A stretch of DNA of 64,000 nucleotides, taken from NCBI GenBank assembly GCA_002633005.1, contig NMRA01000121.1, positions 408,434-472,433 of the forward strand. Reading direction: 5' to 3'. The notes beneath the pieces were generated by a model that saw only the letters and a program-made list of their open reading frames with translations, was not told the origin of the DNA and made no database searches. Of the stretch, positions 24,770 through 36,700 are shown in pieces (the first letter of the stretch is position 1; each line of letters starts with the position of its first letter). This DNA comes from Phoronis australis (Eukaryota > Animalia > Phoronida). The position numbers and the translations under genes were made by a program.

Positions 24770-25250
24770 TATGAAGCACTCAGTTGTTGCATCAAACGAA
24801 AACGAAATGATAAGTTAGAGAAAACTGTAACAGCGTTTTGAGATTTCATCTTAACATTTATATCGAACCGAATTGATACCGTTGTTTTGCTATGCGTGTT
24901 ACCTTCTGTTTTTGCTAAACTTTACTAAAAGACATGGACACGTGATCCAATTAATGACAGACTGATAAAAAGTAAAAAATCAAATTTTACAGGCTTTCTA
25001 CTTTCAGAAAATATGTACTTTTACTGAAGTAAAATCTACAATTTACTACATATTTTGCAAAATGCAAACTTGCCCATAAGGTCCTACATAACTTACATAA
25101 CATCAAGCCAGTTAATCATAAAATCGGTCTCATAATATTCAACACCGTAATACTTGATTTCCATTAACAATAAGAACATCGAAACCAACAACGACTCACG
25201 AAAACGCTTGGGGGGGGATAAGCTTAGAATTGCGTTGTCGAAAATAGCAC
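24770..25250 (+). repeat. Dispersed repeat family fragment
   Basis: CAATTAATGACAG.CTG.TAAAAAGT...CTTTCAGAAAATAT shared with 27375-27525 and inverted at ~19960-20190; 25120-25250 is similar to 28130-28290. Confidence 0.6.
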
Positions 25251-26371
25251 ATTTACGCGTTGTCTGTGATTGAGTTGTCGGCTAATTCGATAACGTTTGG
25301 CAATGGTTTTAAACTCCAAGGTGCTTCCGTCAATAATTCAATATTAGCAAGTAAACAGCGGCGAACTCTCTATGACAAGGTACTTTTGGACCTGTCACGA
25401 CAGTTTTCATGACCCTGAATATTGCAATACTAACATCGCGGCGGAAACAATGAGTTGTCAACAGTGATATTTTAAATGGCCAAAAAAGCGCCAACTGCGC
25501 GTTTCAAGACCAAGTGTATCACCTAGATAGCGTCAATATATACTTGGTGGATAGTTTTGCATAAAACAATGGCAGCACTATGGGCCTAATTCGTTTTTCC
25601 AAGCACACCGATCGCTACGTCTCGTTCCGACATCCTGGGTGAAAAACTGTTACATTTCACAACGGTTGATCAAAAGTGCTTTTGAATACATTCACAGGTA
25701 TTTTATAAGTATTCATTCTTTTGAACTTGAGAAATGGTAAGCAAACTTTAGAGCTTGACACCGTCTACAAAGTGTTGGGCTTCATCAAAAGAAAGGCTAT
25801 TTACACAAGGGGTATTGTTGTCACAGTATTTCCTCGATCATACCATGCTAGAGATAGGACAATGCGATATACTTGCTGTATACATTTACAGCCCCCCCAG
25901 TTTTTTTCAATGCTGCGCCGCCTATGGACATGGGAAGCGCACCATATAGGGAGCGGGGGGCTATAGCCCCCACTTATTTCAGTGCTGCACCGCCCAACAC
26001 CACGCTCACACGTGCGCATTTCAAGGCCTGCCAACAGAATTGAAACCTGAAAACATACTCAAGAAGACAAAAGAGTCAGAGAGGACCATCTAATATTAAA
26101 ATTTGTATATTCACGATTTCTGAAATTTAGCTATTTTTTATTTGCACACACTTAAACACCTCCGTCTTGAACATTTCGATTGGGGGAGAAGCCTTCCTGA
26201 GTCTTTGACAGTAGATGCGATATTTTCCCAGACAGATGAGTACAATACACTGTAATTGTATCTGAGTTGTGTAATTTGCCAAATAATACATGTACGTCTG
26301 TAGACGAGAGATTAAGTAAAGACTGTGTTTTAGCAAATAACCAATGACTGACTGCAGATTAGAAATTTTTG

Positions 26372-27235
26372 GTCGCGTTACAATGCAATTTCGCCTCGGA
26401 ATATTTTCCCATTAGCCGAGGTTGTCGTCACGGTGATCCTGTCTCATCATATTTATTTATTATTATGTCTACTATGTTTAGGAATGACAGTTATGTTAGA
26501 GGTGTTAAAATCGGTGACAGAGAAATCAAAATTCTACAATATGCAGCCGTCACAATGCTCTGCCTAGGCGGCTCAAGCGAGTTGCTAAAAAGGTCACTTG
26601 ATTTTTGGACCAATTTCGTAAATCCTCAGGTCTGAAACCAAACACGGAAAAGGCGCATTATGTGTAGATTGGCCCGTTCGTAGAATTTCATAAATTTCGT
26701 CGTTAATGAAATATTAATTTTTCTTGGCGAGTGACACACTTTACCTTTCTGGGGATTATCTTTAGCGCTGATCCGTCTGAAATTGTCAAGTTAGACATTA
26801 ATGAAAAAATAAAGAAGTGACAAGAAATACACCAACCTGGTCCAGAAGACCATTAACTCCCTTGGCGGAATTATAGTTATCAGATCTCTCTTGCTGCTAA
26901 AGTTGGTTCATTTGTTTATTACTTTGTCATCGCCTCTTAGACAAATAATTAAATGTATTGAACAAGTTTTCTTCTAGTTTATTTGGAGTAGCAAAACTGA
27001 TAAAATTAAAGAAAGCTGAAATGATCCAAAACTTTTCACTAGGAGGCTGTAAAATGGCATATCGAATCCTTCATTAAATTTCTCAAGCTACCCTGGTTCA
27101 AAAGACAAATTTCGACAAGAGAGGTCTTTTGGATAAAATTATTGTAGCAAAACTATATATTGAGTGGACACAATTTTTTATATTTTGGAGGTGCATTTTA
27201 CAATAGTTGCTCATGGGAATTACAAATTTATTTGA
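26372..27235 (+). mobile_element. Decayed non-LTR retrotransposon (L1/Tx1-like) reverse transcriptase fragment
   Basis: SEYFPISRGCRHGDPVSSYLF (RQGDP block), EIKILQYAAVT (degenerate YADD), then SGLKPN, WSRRPLTPLG and FIWSSKTDKIK in shifting frames with stops. Confidence 0.85.
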
Positions 27236-30200
27236 TATGAAGTATTAATTTGTCCAATTTTGGGACATGGTTGTGATTACAATCGATTATTTGCGTTACC
27301 CTCATTTTGTTGTTTTTTGTCAATGTACCTTTCATTTTTCCTAAATTTAAATAAAAAGACACGGCCGCGGTACCCAATTAATGACAGGCTGGTAAAAAGT
27401 AAAGAATTAAATCACACAGACTTCCTTCTTTCAGAAAATATATACGTTATCTAAGCTAAAATCGATAGCTTTTTAGACAGTTGGCTAAATACTCAGACCT
27501 GCCAATAAGGTCATACACAACCTTATTACTTTGATTAAATCAATGAGTCGCGGCATATACTTTACTACTGAGCAAACACGAGGCTGTTCCACTCAAAATC
27601 CTTTCTTGAAAATGTGTGTAGTACTCGTGTTTCGAGTGGCTGCACCCCGGGGGCGGACAAACGATAGTAACTGCCCGAATTTCATCATCCTACGTCAAAA
27701 TTAATCAAAGTTTCTTAGGCGTTATTTCAGATTGGCAAGACTCACCCAGTGCACTTTATCGTTTGGGGTAAGATGAAAGAGATTTTATCGAATTTCAACC
27801 TGCATCAAAAATCGTTGAATCATCATTGATTTCTTACAGTTACATGTAAGCTTTTTCTAGACAAAAACCTCTATAAATCAATTGAATTTCATACTAGATA
27901 CGCAAACAAAAAAAATCAAAACCATATGTAAATTACTAGAAGAAAATAACATTGACATGTTGGGCTATCACAATGAGGCAACGCAACAATAAACCAAGGA
28001 CATGCACATGCGCATTCACATGCAAATGCAAATGCACAACGCGTATTTTTTTAGAAAAAAGCTGCATTTCGCGTTGCCTATAGAAAGCTAAAAACGAAAT
28101 TCGAATTTAGTAGTAGCCTTTTCTCTGAAAAAAATCGGTTTCATAATATTCCTTACTGTAATAGGGTTCTATTTCCGTTACCAACTAGAACATCAAAGCT
28201 AACAGCAACCAAAGTAAACGTTTCAGGCCTTATTGGTGTTGGCTAAACCTAAAATTGTGAATTCCAAAATGGCGCATGTACGCATTGCCTGCGTCTCGAG
28301 TTGGCAACGGAAATAGACACCGACCAGGTAAGGGATATTATACTGAGAGTAAAAATTGTAACTTGATTTTCGTTTTAGCCAGCTCAACAGGGTGAAATGC
28401 TTGTTTTAATTTGAAAATCTTGACAAGAGACCTTGAGAGCATTGCATGCGGTACACGGTACATCAGAGAAGGATTTGGGGTCCTCCCACAAGAAAGTTTA
28501 TGACTTTATTGAATTCTTGTTCATTCACGTGGAAACCTGTAGCGGTTTATGAGTTGAACTTGCACCAAAAAATTGCAGAAACATTTGCTTACGATTGCCG
28601 CTACATGCACTTTGAACAATATACTTGGTCATCAAAAATCACGCTAATAACAGTTTTGTTGATCACATTTGTTTTTCATTGGCCAAAACAGTAGCACGAA
28701 CTTTCAAATAAGAAAGTTTTAAAGTTCGTGTTTCAGTTTGATGACAATGCGAGTTTCGTACGAACAACTTCCTCTTTATCAGGGATGTTTTCCTGATAAG
28801 GATCTTCAAAAGAAATAATATTCTTGAAATTCTTTGGGGAAAATGACAGAAATTTCTATTGTTATACTCTTTCTGTTTCTGTGGTGACGTCAGAGGGTAG
28901 GCACCGGGATAGTCTCTGGCCCTCCTCCTTCCGGTATAGCACGCAATGTAAATTTGGAGATGCAACCAAGTTCGTGCTGGTTACACACTCTTCCTCTTTT
29001 CCCCTGATTCGAGTTTTTGCTGCATCTCCGTATTGCCATCCTCGCTCTATGAGGCGCTTTGTTGCCCATCTCTCCTGCTGTTGTACACATCTATTGTTAT
29101 AAAACCAAGGAAATTTTCGTCTTTGTGTAATTTACAATCTGGTTTCTTTAAGTCTGTCCATCTAATCGCCAGTCTCACGCTAGGCCGCATGTCTTGACGC
29201 AGCTATATGTGATTCACTCGAACAAATTTTGTGATTTTCATGACCAACTGAATTTTCTTCTGATTCCCCGGCTTTGTGAATAGCTGACAGCCCGCCGGAT
29301 TTATAAGGAAAATGTATGGTATTCTAATGCTCTTCTGAATAAGACAATGTCACTTACAAAAATGGAAAGAGTAGTACAGTTGATTCCATCGGGGGTGTCA
29401 CCCCCCTCCCTTCATCTTCGTTACGTCAAAGGTTGTACGATTCCACAAAAAGGAAAATAGAGGCAATTGATTCCATCAGAGGCCACTTTAGTAAGAAAAA
29501 GGAAAAACGGAATACGAAAAACAGGAAAAACGGAGTCGTCGGCCATGCATGCCGTCTTTGGGCCACCTCCAAAAGATGAAGGTTGTTGTATAATTTCAAA
29601 AATAAAACTGGCAAAGGCAGAAAAAAATGACCAATGACATAAATTATATATAGCTCACTGCAATTCATGACTCCATTATTTCTTGCCATAAACTTGAAGG
29701 GGTCCTTACCGGAGCGGCCGCGAGCAAAGTACGCCTTCCTATTTTTCCTGACGTTCTCGGCCCTTTTGGAAATGTTTATGCCATGCGCACGTTTTTCAAG
29801 TGGGCGTTAACTTTCCATACTCCGTTTTTCAAGAACTGGGCAACAGACAAACAAAAATATCTTGGTCAGGGCCCCCAAGGGGTAAATCCAGACGTGCAGT
29901 TGACAAACGTTTTTTCTTTCGCAACCCGATACACGAATTAATTACTCGGAATTCCTTTCTGTGCCTCTGTCCTTCGCTCTATATGAACGCCATCTGGGTT
30001 CACTCCGCGCGTCCTGCGTCCCTGTTCAGTGGGTGTGCTGGCTCCAACACGGCCCAACCCAATTTCGGGGCCCGGGGCCGGTCAGGGGACGTACGTGCCA
30101 ACCGCGTCCCGGCCGCTTGCCACGCCTATGTATGGTATGCTCTTTCTGTACATATTCTTGTTAACCAGTAACGTTTATTGTATCAGTAATTAGCACTTAT

Positions 30201-30289
30201 GTTAATGCTTTATTGTACCTACGTAACGACAAAAATGAAAAATAAACGTCTCAATGGAAACAGTCTGCACTGTGCCGCTTCCTTGCTGT

Positions 30290-30372
30290 TCACAGAGGGC
30301 GCGCGTGTGCTTCGCGACCTACTTAGTTGCATTCTTGAGCGAACTCTTGTGTCACGTATTTTCCGGGTAAGT
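30290..30372 (+). promoter_or_regulatory. Candidate non-coding first exon of MVP with strong splice donor
   Basis: CGG|GTAAGT at 30367 downstream of a CpG-richer stretch. The ATG exon has an acceptor before the ATG, so an upstream UTR exon is expected. The 5' boundary is a guess. Confidence 0.45.
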
Positions 30373-31124
30373 GTTTGGTTTAAATTCTTTACAAAACACC
30401 CTACGTTTGCAACAAATTAATGAAAGCATGTTTGTAAAATAAGTTTGGACACCACACAACGATCGTCACCTTGAGATTTGATTTTGTTACTGTGTAGTAT
30501 GTAAAAATTTTACCCGAGCTGAACACCACTGACCACTAGACTAGAGTCTAGATTTAGACAAATTAGACTAGAGTCAATATTCTCGTCTCCACAATCCCAT
30601 TACACTAGGCGAATTGGGAAGTTACCTGTACAATAGGCCTAACCAGGACGGGAGGTCACTGCGTCCCCGAAACCTGCAGTTTATATTGCACTTGTCGTAT
30701 TTCCTAATTTTCAATTGATGTGTTTTCTACCTTTGGAGCCTGAGACCGCCTAACTAGAGTAGAGAAACTTAGCTGGGTCACCGGCCTGGCTGGAATGAGA
30801 AATCCCCCTAGAACCATCAGCGCTTTCAACCTCTTGATTACACCCCAAGAGGTGCACATATATTAAATACTTGACTCATAGCGACATGTGGAAGCTGACA
30901 TAAGCAGGGTTGACTACAGATTAATTTATCGCTGTGGTCAGCGATTTGCATCATATCTATAAATAGACTGGTCACTATATACTGTGCTGTTTCATCACTG
31001 ATAGTAATACTTGGAGGGAGTAGTGAGTGGAGGTAGTTGAGTGTTGTAGCTGTGTGATTCTCATATTAACCAAAAGAACTGGTCTTGAAATTACATTGCG
31101 TCTTAGCTGGGAGGTGAGGGAGAA

Positions 31125-32465
31125 TTTATATGTTCCCACATTTATATATGGATACGCATTATGCCGTCATCTCTGTCTGTCCATCCAGCGTCCACTGCTG
31201 TATCTCCAAAACCCCTGAATGTATGTTCATGAAATTTTGCTGATACTTCCCTTTTATGGATGGGACGGCATGAGTGTGTTTTCGGACAGATTTGAATACC
31301 CTTGTGTCCCCTAGTGGCAATTTTAGTACTTTGCGTTTGTCTAGAGCTGTATCTTCGGTGTTCCTTAACGCATTTTCGTGAAATTTGGTAAATAGGTATT
31401 TGTTAGGGAGATGATGCCATTTTTTTGTTTTCAAAGGGATTCAATGCCTTTTGTGCCACCTAGAGGCCATTTTTACTGTTTATGAGTCTGGTTTTTGTCG
31501 TCTGCCCCTCTTTAAGGCCAAACCACAGTAAAGGTGGTTATTAAAATTGACAAATATGTTCCTACTGAGAAGAAGACGGCTGATGACGACTTTTGGACGT
31601 CTCTGACTTCAGTGGCTCCTTTATGGCTGTATTTCATAAACAGGATCTTTGTTATATTTGCAAGTGTATATGAAGGTGACAACAGGTAACGACTTTCAGA
31701 CGGATCCAACAACTGCTGTGCCCCCTGGTGGCAATTTTGTCACCAAGTGGCCGTTTTTATTATTTTAGAGCTGTTTTTGATGTCCACTTCTCTTTTGCCC
31801 AAACCACTCTTAGGATGGTTATGAAAATTGACATTTATATAATATATCTTCTTACTGGGAAGAGGACAATTTTTGGATGGCGTCGACTACTGTGGCGCCT
31901 CGTAGTGGCAAGTTTTATTTTTGTTGCGTATTTCCTAAGCCCCTTGCAGGATCATTAAATTTGGCAACAGTATTTGTACGAAGGTAACAACGGATGATGA
32001 CAAAGTTCGAATGGATCCGACTCCCACTGTGCCTCCTTGTGGTAATTTTTCCCATTTTCCTTTGTATCGTTGGAGTTCCTTGGTGGATTTTTATGAAATT
32101 TGACAAATAGTTTTTTATTACTGAGATGATGACACCTTTTCACTGGACAGCAGATGGATGGATTCAACTACTGTAGGGGTTCCTTGCGGCAGTTTTTTTT
32201 ACATTTGTCTTAAGTTTGTATCTTTGGAGTTCTTCGAAGTATTTTCATGAAATTTGGCAAATAGATTTGAGAGACGAAACCTTCATTTTTGGATGGGTTA
32301 AGTGTATTCTGTGCCATCTAATGGACATTTTTTATGATGAACACTCCTAGAGGCAATACTGCATGTCATCACCATTGGGAATGCTAGATTGCTTACATTA
32401 GGTTCATTTCCTGGAACCTGTGCAGTGAATCCTGCAATGGCCATTTTGCTTCACCAGTCTAGTGT
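31125..32465 (+). mobile_element. Helentron/HINE(DINE)-like non-autonomous element with internal ~150 bp tandem units, in the presumed first MVP intron
   Basis: Starts TTTATATG...CCCACAT...GTCTGTCCATCC, repeated GAAATTTG and CCCCTAGTGG units, ends near TCTAGT; homologous to 36668-37978. Confidence 0.6.
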
Positions 32466-33651
32466 TAATCATCGTCCCCTTGTGTTTGCAATTCGGATCA
32501 TGTGGAGATAACTACTGTTATCTATATGCACCCTGTTGCAAAGGTGCATACTCAGTTAGTGTTTGCATTATAACAAAGATCTCTATTGTTATATAAGCTT
32601 CAATCAATGTGTTATTGATTGGACATCAAATTCCAACTAAAGTGGTAGAGCATTGTTTGCCCAGAAGAAGCTTGTGAGTTGTAGATTCTATAAGTTTAAA
32701 CCCACCCTCAACATTGTATCAATTTTGAGAGTTGTTGGAGCTTTAATCAATGTCTGACATTTTAATATTTTGTAGTATTTTTTGGTGAATGGCGTTTATT
32801 CTATGTTCATGCTTTCATCTAAAATTTTGAACATTGAACTTTTGATCAGGCTCAATAAGTTGGCTTAATTGAAACAGTGGTTCAGTTTATGCAGTGCTGA
32901 GGATTTGTGTTTTAAGAAACATTATTTTGAATTTCCTTAACTGTGGTGTTTTTAGGTTGAAAATGTCACATTTGAATTTGAGATACTGAATAACTGTTTT
33001 TTTAAAGGAAGCTTTCACCTTCTGTTAACTATGAAGTTTTGGTTGGCTGTCAGAACCTAGGTTATCGTTGGTTTGCAACTAGCATGCAAAGTCTCACACT
33101 TGTGTGTGGTATACCAGTGCCTTTGAAAAACTTATCTGTTGACATTGTGGTTTAAATTAAGTTCAGGCTTAATTATGTCTTAAAACTGTACAAAGTCATG
33201 TTTTACGTACTCTATATGAGATTCAGAGATTTTGCTATTTTCTTTAGGTCTAGGGCATTTGTCCTGGCGTTTCAGAATTGCTCCAGGACATTTTGAAAAT
33301 CAGCCGGACAAAACTCGCCATTGGAATATTTCAACTTTGGCCTAACTTGATCGGCGATAGAGAATATGAACAACTTCCTAGCAAAGTGATTCATTTTCAT
33401 GAATCACCAAGTTTGTGACAAACATGAGGGTCAAAGGGAGTAAATTCTATGTACACTATTCCTGGACTAAAGTAAAGTCAATCGGACCGAGTCCAATGGT
33501 CGAGGCTAACAAAATCTTTGGGATTAACTGCCTCTGTGCTGGTATGCCGCTCAAACATGCTTTTTCTGGGCCAGGACATATGTAACAAACAACAGTCATT
33601 ATGTTGTTCCTACACCTCCTTCTCATATCTTATTGTAGACTCTAGACTGGA

Positions 33652-33791
33652 ATGGCTGCTCCACGGCGCAATGCAGATGAGTCCATCTACAGAATCCCTC
33701 CATATTACTACCTGCATGTGCTTGATCAGAACACAAATGTCACGCAGGTGCAGGTCGGGCCCAAGACCTTCATTAGGCAGGACAATGAGAG
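33652..33791 (+). CDS. MVP: MVP coding exon 1
   Basis: [46 protein letters not shown]; acceptor AG at 33637-33638 lies upstream of the ATG. Confidence 0.95.
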
Positions 33792-36700
33792 GTGAGCATA
33801 CCCTGTGGTTAGATTGTGGATTATCATTTTCCGTGGAAAACATCTCCGAGTTCAGTTCCTCCTACTATACAGCAAAGTAAACTGTATGCTAAAAATGTAT
33901 GGAATATGGTAAATGTTCCAGGAAACACCATTCCTTGGTTGTTTTTTCTGAACTCCACAGCAGAGAACCCTGAAAGTTGTCCTGACTGCAGAATTTACAA
34001 AGTAATTTTTTATTCTATTTCTTTATTGCATGAATACCTTGACGTACTTCATATTTAAAGCAAATAATCATTTTGAATTTGTTCAAAAATATGTAGCGAT
34101 TTGTGTTTGAAGGGTAATACACCCCCTTACTGCCTTCTTTCACGTTAACAACCGTGGCTGGCTTTGTAGGGTGACCTATGGCCCGGAGAAGATGATCACA
34201 GTGCCCCCTAGGCACTACTGTGTGATCGAGAACCCAGTCTCAAGGGACAAGGACGGCAGGCCAACACTGGATAAGTCTGGCCAAGCCAAGTTGTTGCATG
34301 CTGACCAAGAGATCCGCCTGGCTCAAGAACCATTCCCTCTCTACCCTGGTGAAGTGCTCAAGCAGGTATCTTGGAGCATGCAAGCAGTTTCTCACGTGTA
34401 TATTATGTTGGATACCTATAAGTGGTGGATGTCCTCTAGGTGGTACTATAGAAGAATGGATCCTTTTTGTCATTTGAATTGATTGAGAATGAAAGGCTGT
34501 TCAACATTGTGAGGGTGCTGGTGGACTTCCTGGGTGCTATGTGACTACCTGAATGCATGTAGTTATGCAGGCGGGTTCACTGTTTTAATAACCATTCCCA
34601 GTGAAGATGAAGTTTCTTTTCAATAATTTCGAGGCTGAAATTTCATACTGGGTTAATGCAAAACTATCAGTGAGTTGGTGGTTACTAGATTCAACTCTTC
34701 TCTCTCAAGGAGGTTGAAAAATAATGTAAAATTATTTTTTTGGGAAATGCTGACCACCCACAGCGGTTGTGTACAGCTGTGAAACAGGTCCCCTGTTGGT
34801 GTGAAGCATTGTGGGTAAAATTCGCCGTAAAAGAGAAGGCTAAGATGGGCAGTGAGTTTTTTCAGGATGTGATTTTCCTACGTGCTGCCATAAATCCGTC
34901 CCTTGAAGAGTCAATAAAATACAGGGCGCCCTCTTACTGAACTAAGCGATGAAATTTCTCTACCTTTCTCAGCAGCAGTCTTCCTTTCGAGTATGTAATT
35001 CTATTTACTTGTGTCTGCAGGCTGTGGCACCATTGAAAGTTGTTGTGGCAAATGCTGCCATTCGACTGAGAGCGCTCCTGGATTTTGAGGATGACGACGG
35101 GGAGAAGAGAACAGCAGGGGACGAGTGGTTGTTTGAAGGGCCAGGTAATTACAGTCGGACCATCAGCTGTAGTTCACATCTCTCAGCTGTTACAAATAGT
35201 CAGTGCTGTGTATAGAAAATTTCTCCCCCAGATCAGTAACCACACTTATCAGTATACAGGAGTGTTTATGTAGCAGAAAGGCGACAGATAGGGAAGTTCA
35301 AGGCCTAAGAAAATTAATTTTCCGGAACGCCACCGGCCCGCTAAAAACCCTCCTTTTGACAAAATTACTCTGACTTTTTATGTTTAAGTGCTGTGATAAT
35401 TTTTGCTTGATTGATGACAGGTAATTAGTCTTTGTCGGATACTTGGTTAGTTGTTGCATTATAATAAATGGGCAAAAATCCTTCATCCGACAACAAAATG
35501 ATAAATGTTCCCATCAAAAAGTGATAGTGCTTACTTAGCATATAGATGTTGACGTGAAGAGCTGCAGTTGCTGATGAAATAATGGTAAAAAAACATTTGT
35601 TATCACAATCACATGAATTTTGAAATGAAAATGAAACTGTGTACCTCTCTAAGTAACTAGTTTGGTATCATGTTTAGGATGGTTTAGTGCCAAGTATATG
35701 ACACGTTTTAAGCATTCGTTTTAAGCAGATGTTATAAGTAAGGATCGGGTTTGTGGAAACAAATATATGTTTAGGACTGGCCTAATTGTTTGATTTCAGT
35801 GGATGGTTAGATCAGAGAAGAGGATTAGTGCTCACTGGAAGTCAGCTTGTCTGCCACCTAGGTCTTAAAATTTTGATTTCCAAATGAAAGGTGGAGACTA
35901 ACTGTTAAGTTAAAGTCATACATTGTGTTATCCTTCTGTACAAATTCAGTTCTGCTGAAGTGTAGGAGTGGGACTGATTTAATTCTGGGATAAAAACTTG
36001 CCATCAGTGGACAAAAAAATTCAAGAGTGCAATTTTTAAGATTGAAATTAGCTTCTGTTGCTGTGACTACTTGTATGCCATTTAGACAGGAACATCTGTT
36101 GATCTCTCTTACTTTTCACCAGGTACATACATTCCAAGGAAGGAAGTGATTGTAGAGGAGACCATCCGCGCCACAGTGATCAAACCCAACCAGGCTATAA
36201 GACTGCGTGCCCGTAAGGAGTGCTCTGATAGAAATGGTGTTGACCGAGTCACAGGTGAGTCTTGTGGTACACTAGCTGCTGTGAGGAGCAAGCAGATCAG
36301 CCGCTCTATGTTTGTGTTAAACCTTGTTTACTGTAAACATACTCTGCTTTGGAATAGGCTTTAGAATTTCAAACTTGGGAACTCCCACAAAAGTCGAATT
36401 TAATTGATTTTGGAATTTGGGACAAGGTCGATTTTGGCATTCACCTGATTTTTCAAATTTCAGGCAATTTGTTTGCAATCTACAGAGTGGGTAATTTAGC
36501 TCTTGTAGACCAAGTAACCCACCAGACCGAGTTGACTTGGTCTGCTTACATGGTCCAACCCCATAGACTTTGTGCACCTGAGTTACAGTCTACCAATGAG
36601 ATCTGAATGTTTGCCACAGTTTAAAGTGACCATGTAAGCCAAATACTGCTTTCCTAATGTCGATTTTGTTTTTATGTGCCCACATATTTATATGTGGTTG

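Noticed and set aside
28890-29090. Minus-strand ORF containing MGNK, like the patatin start
   Set aside because: No further similarity or splice support; probably chance or a repeat remnant.
30600-30810. kB-like sites (GGGAAGTTAC, GGGGATTTCT) near the presumed MVP promoter
   Set aside because: Imperfect short matches expected by chance.
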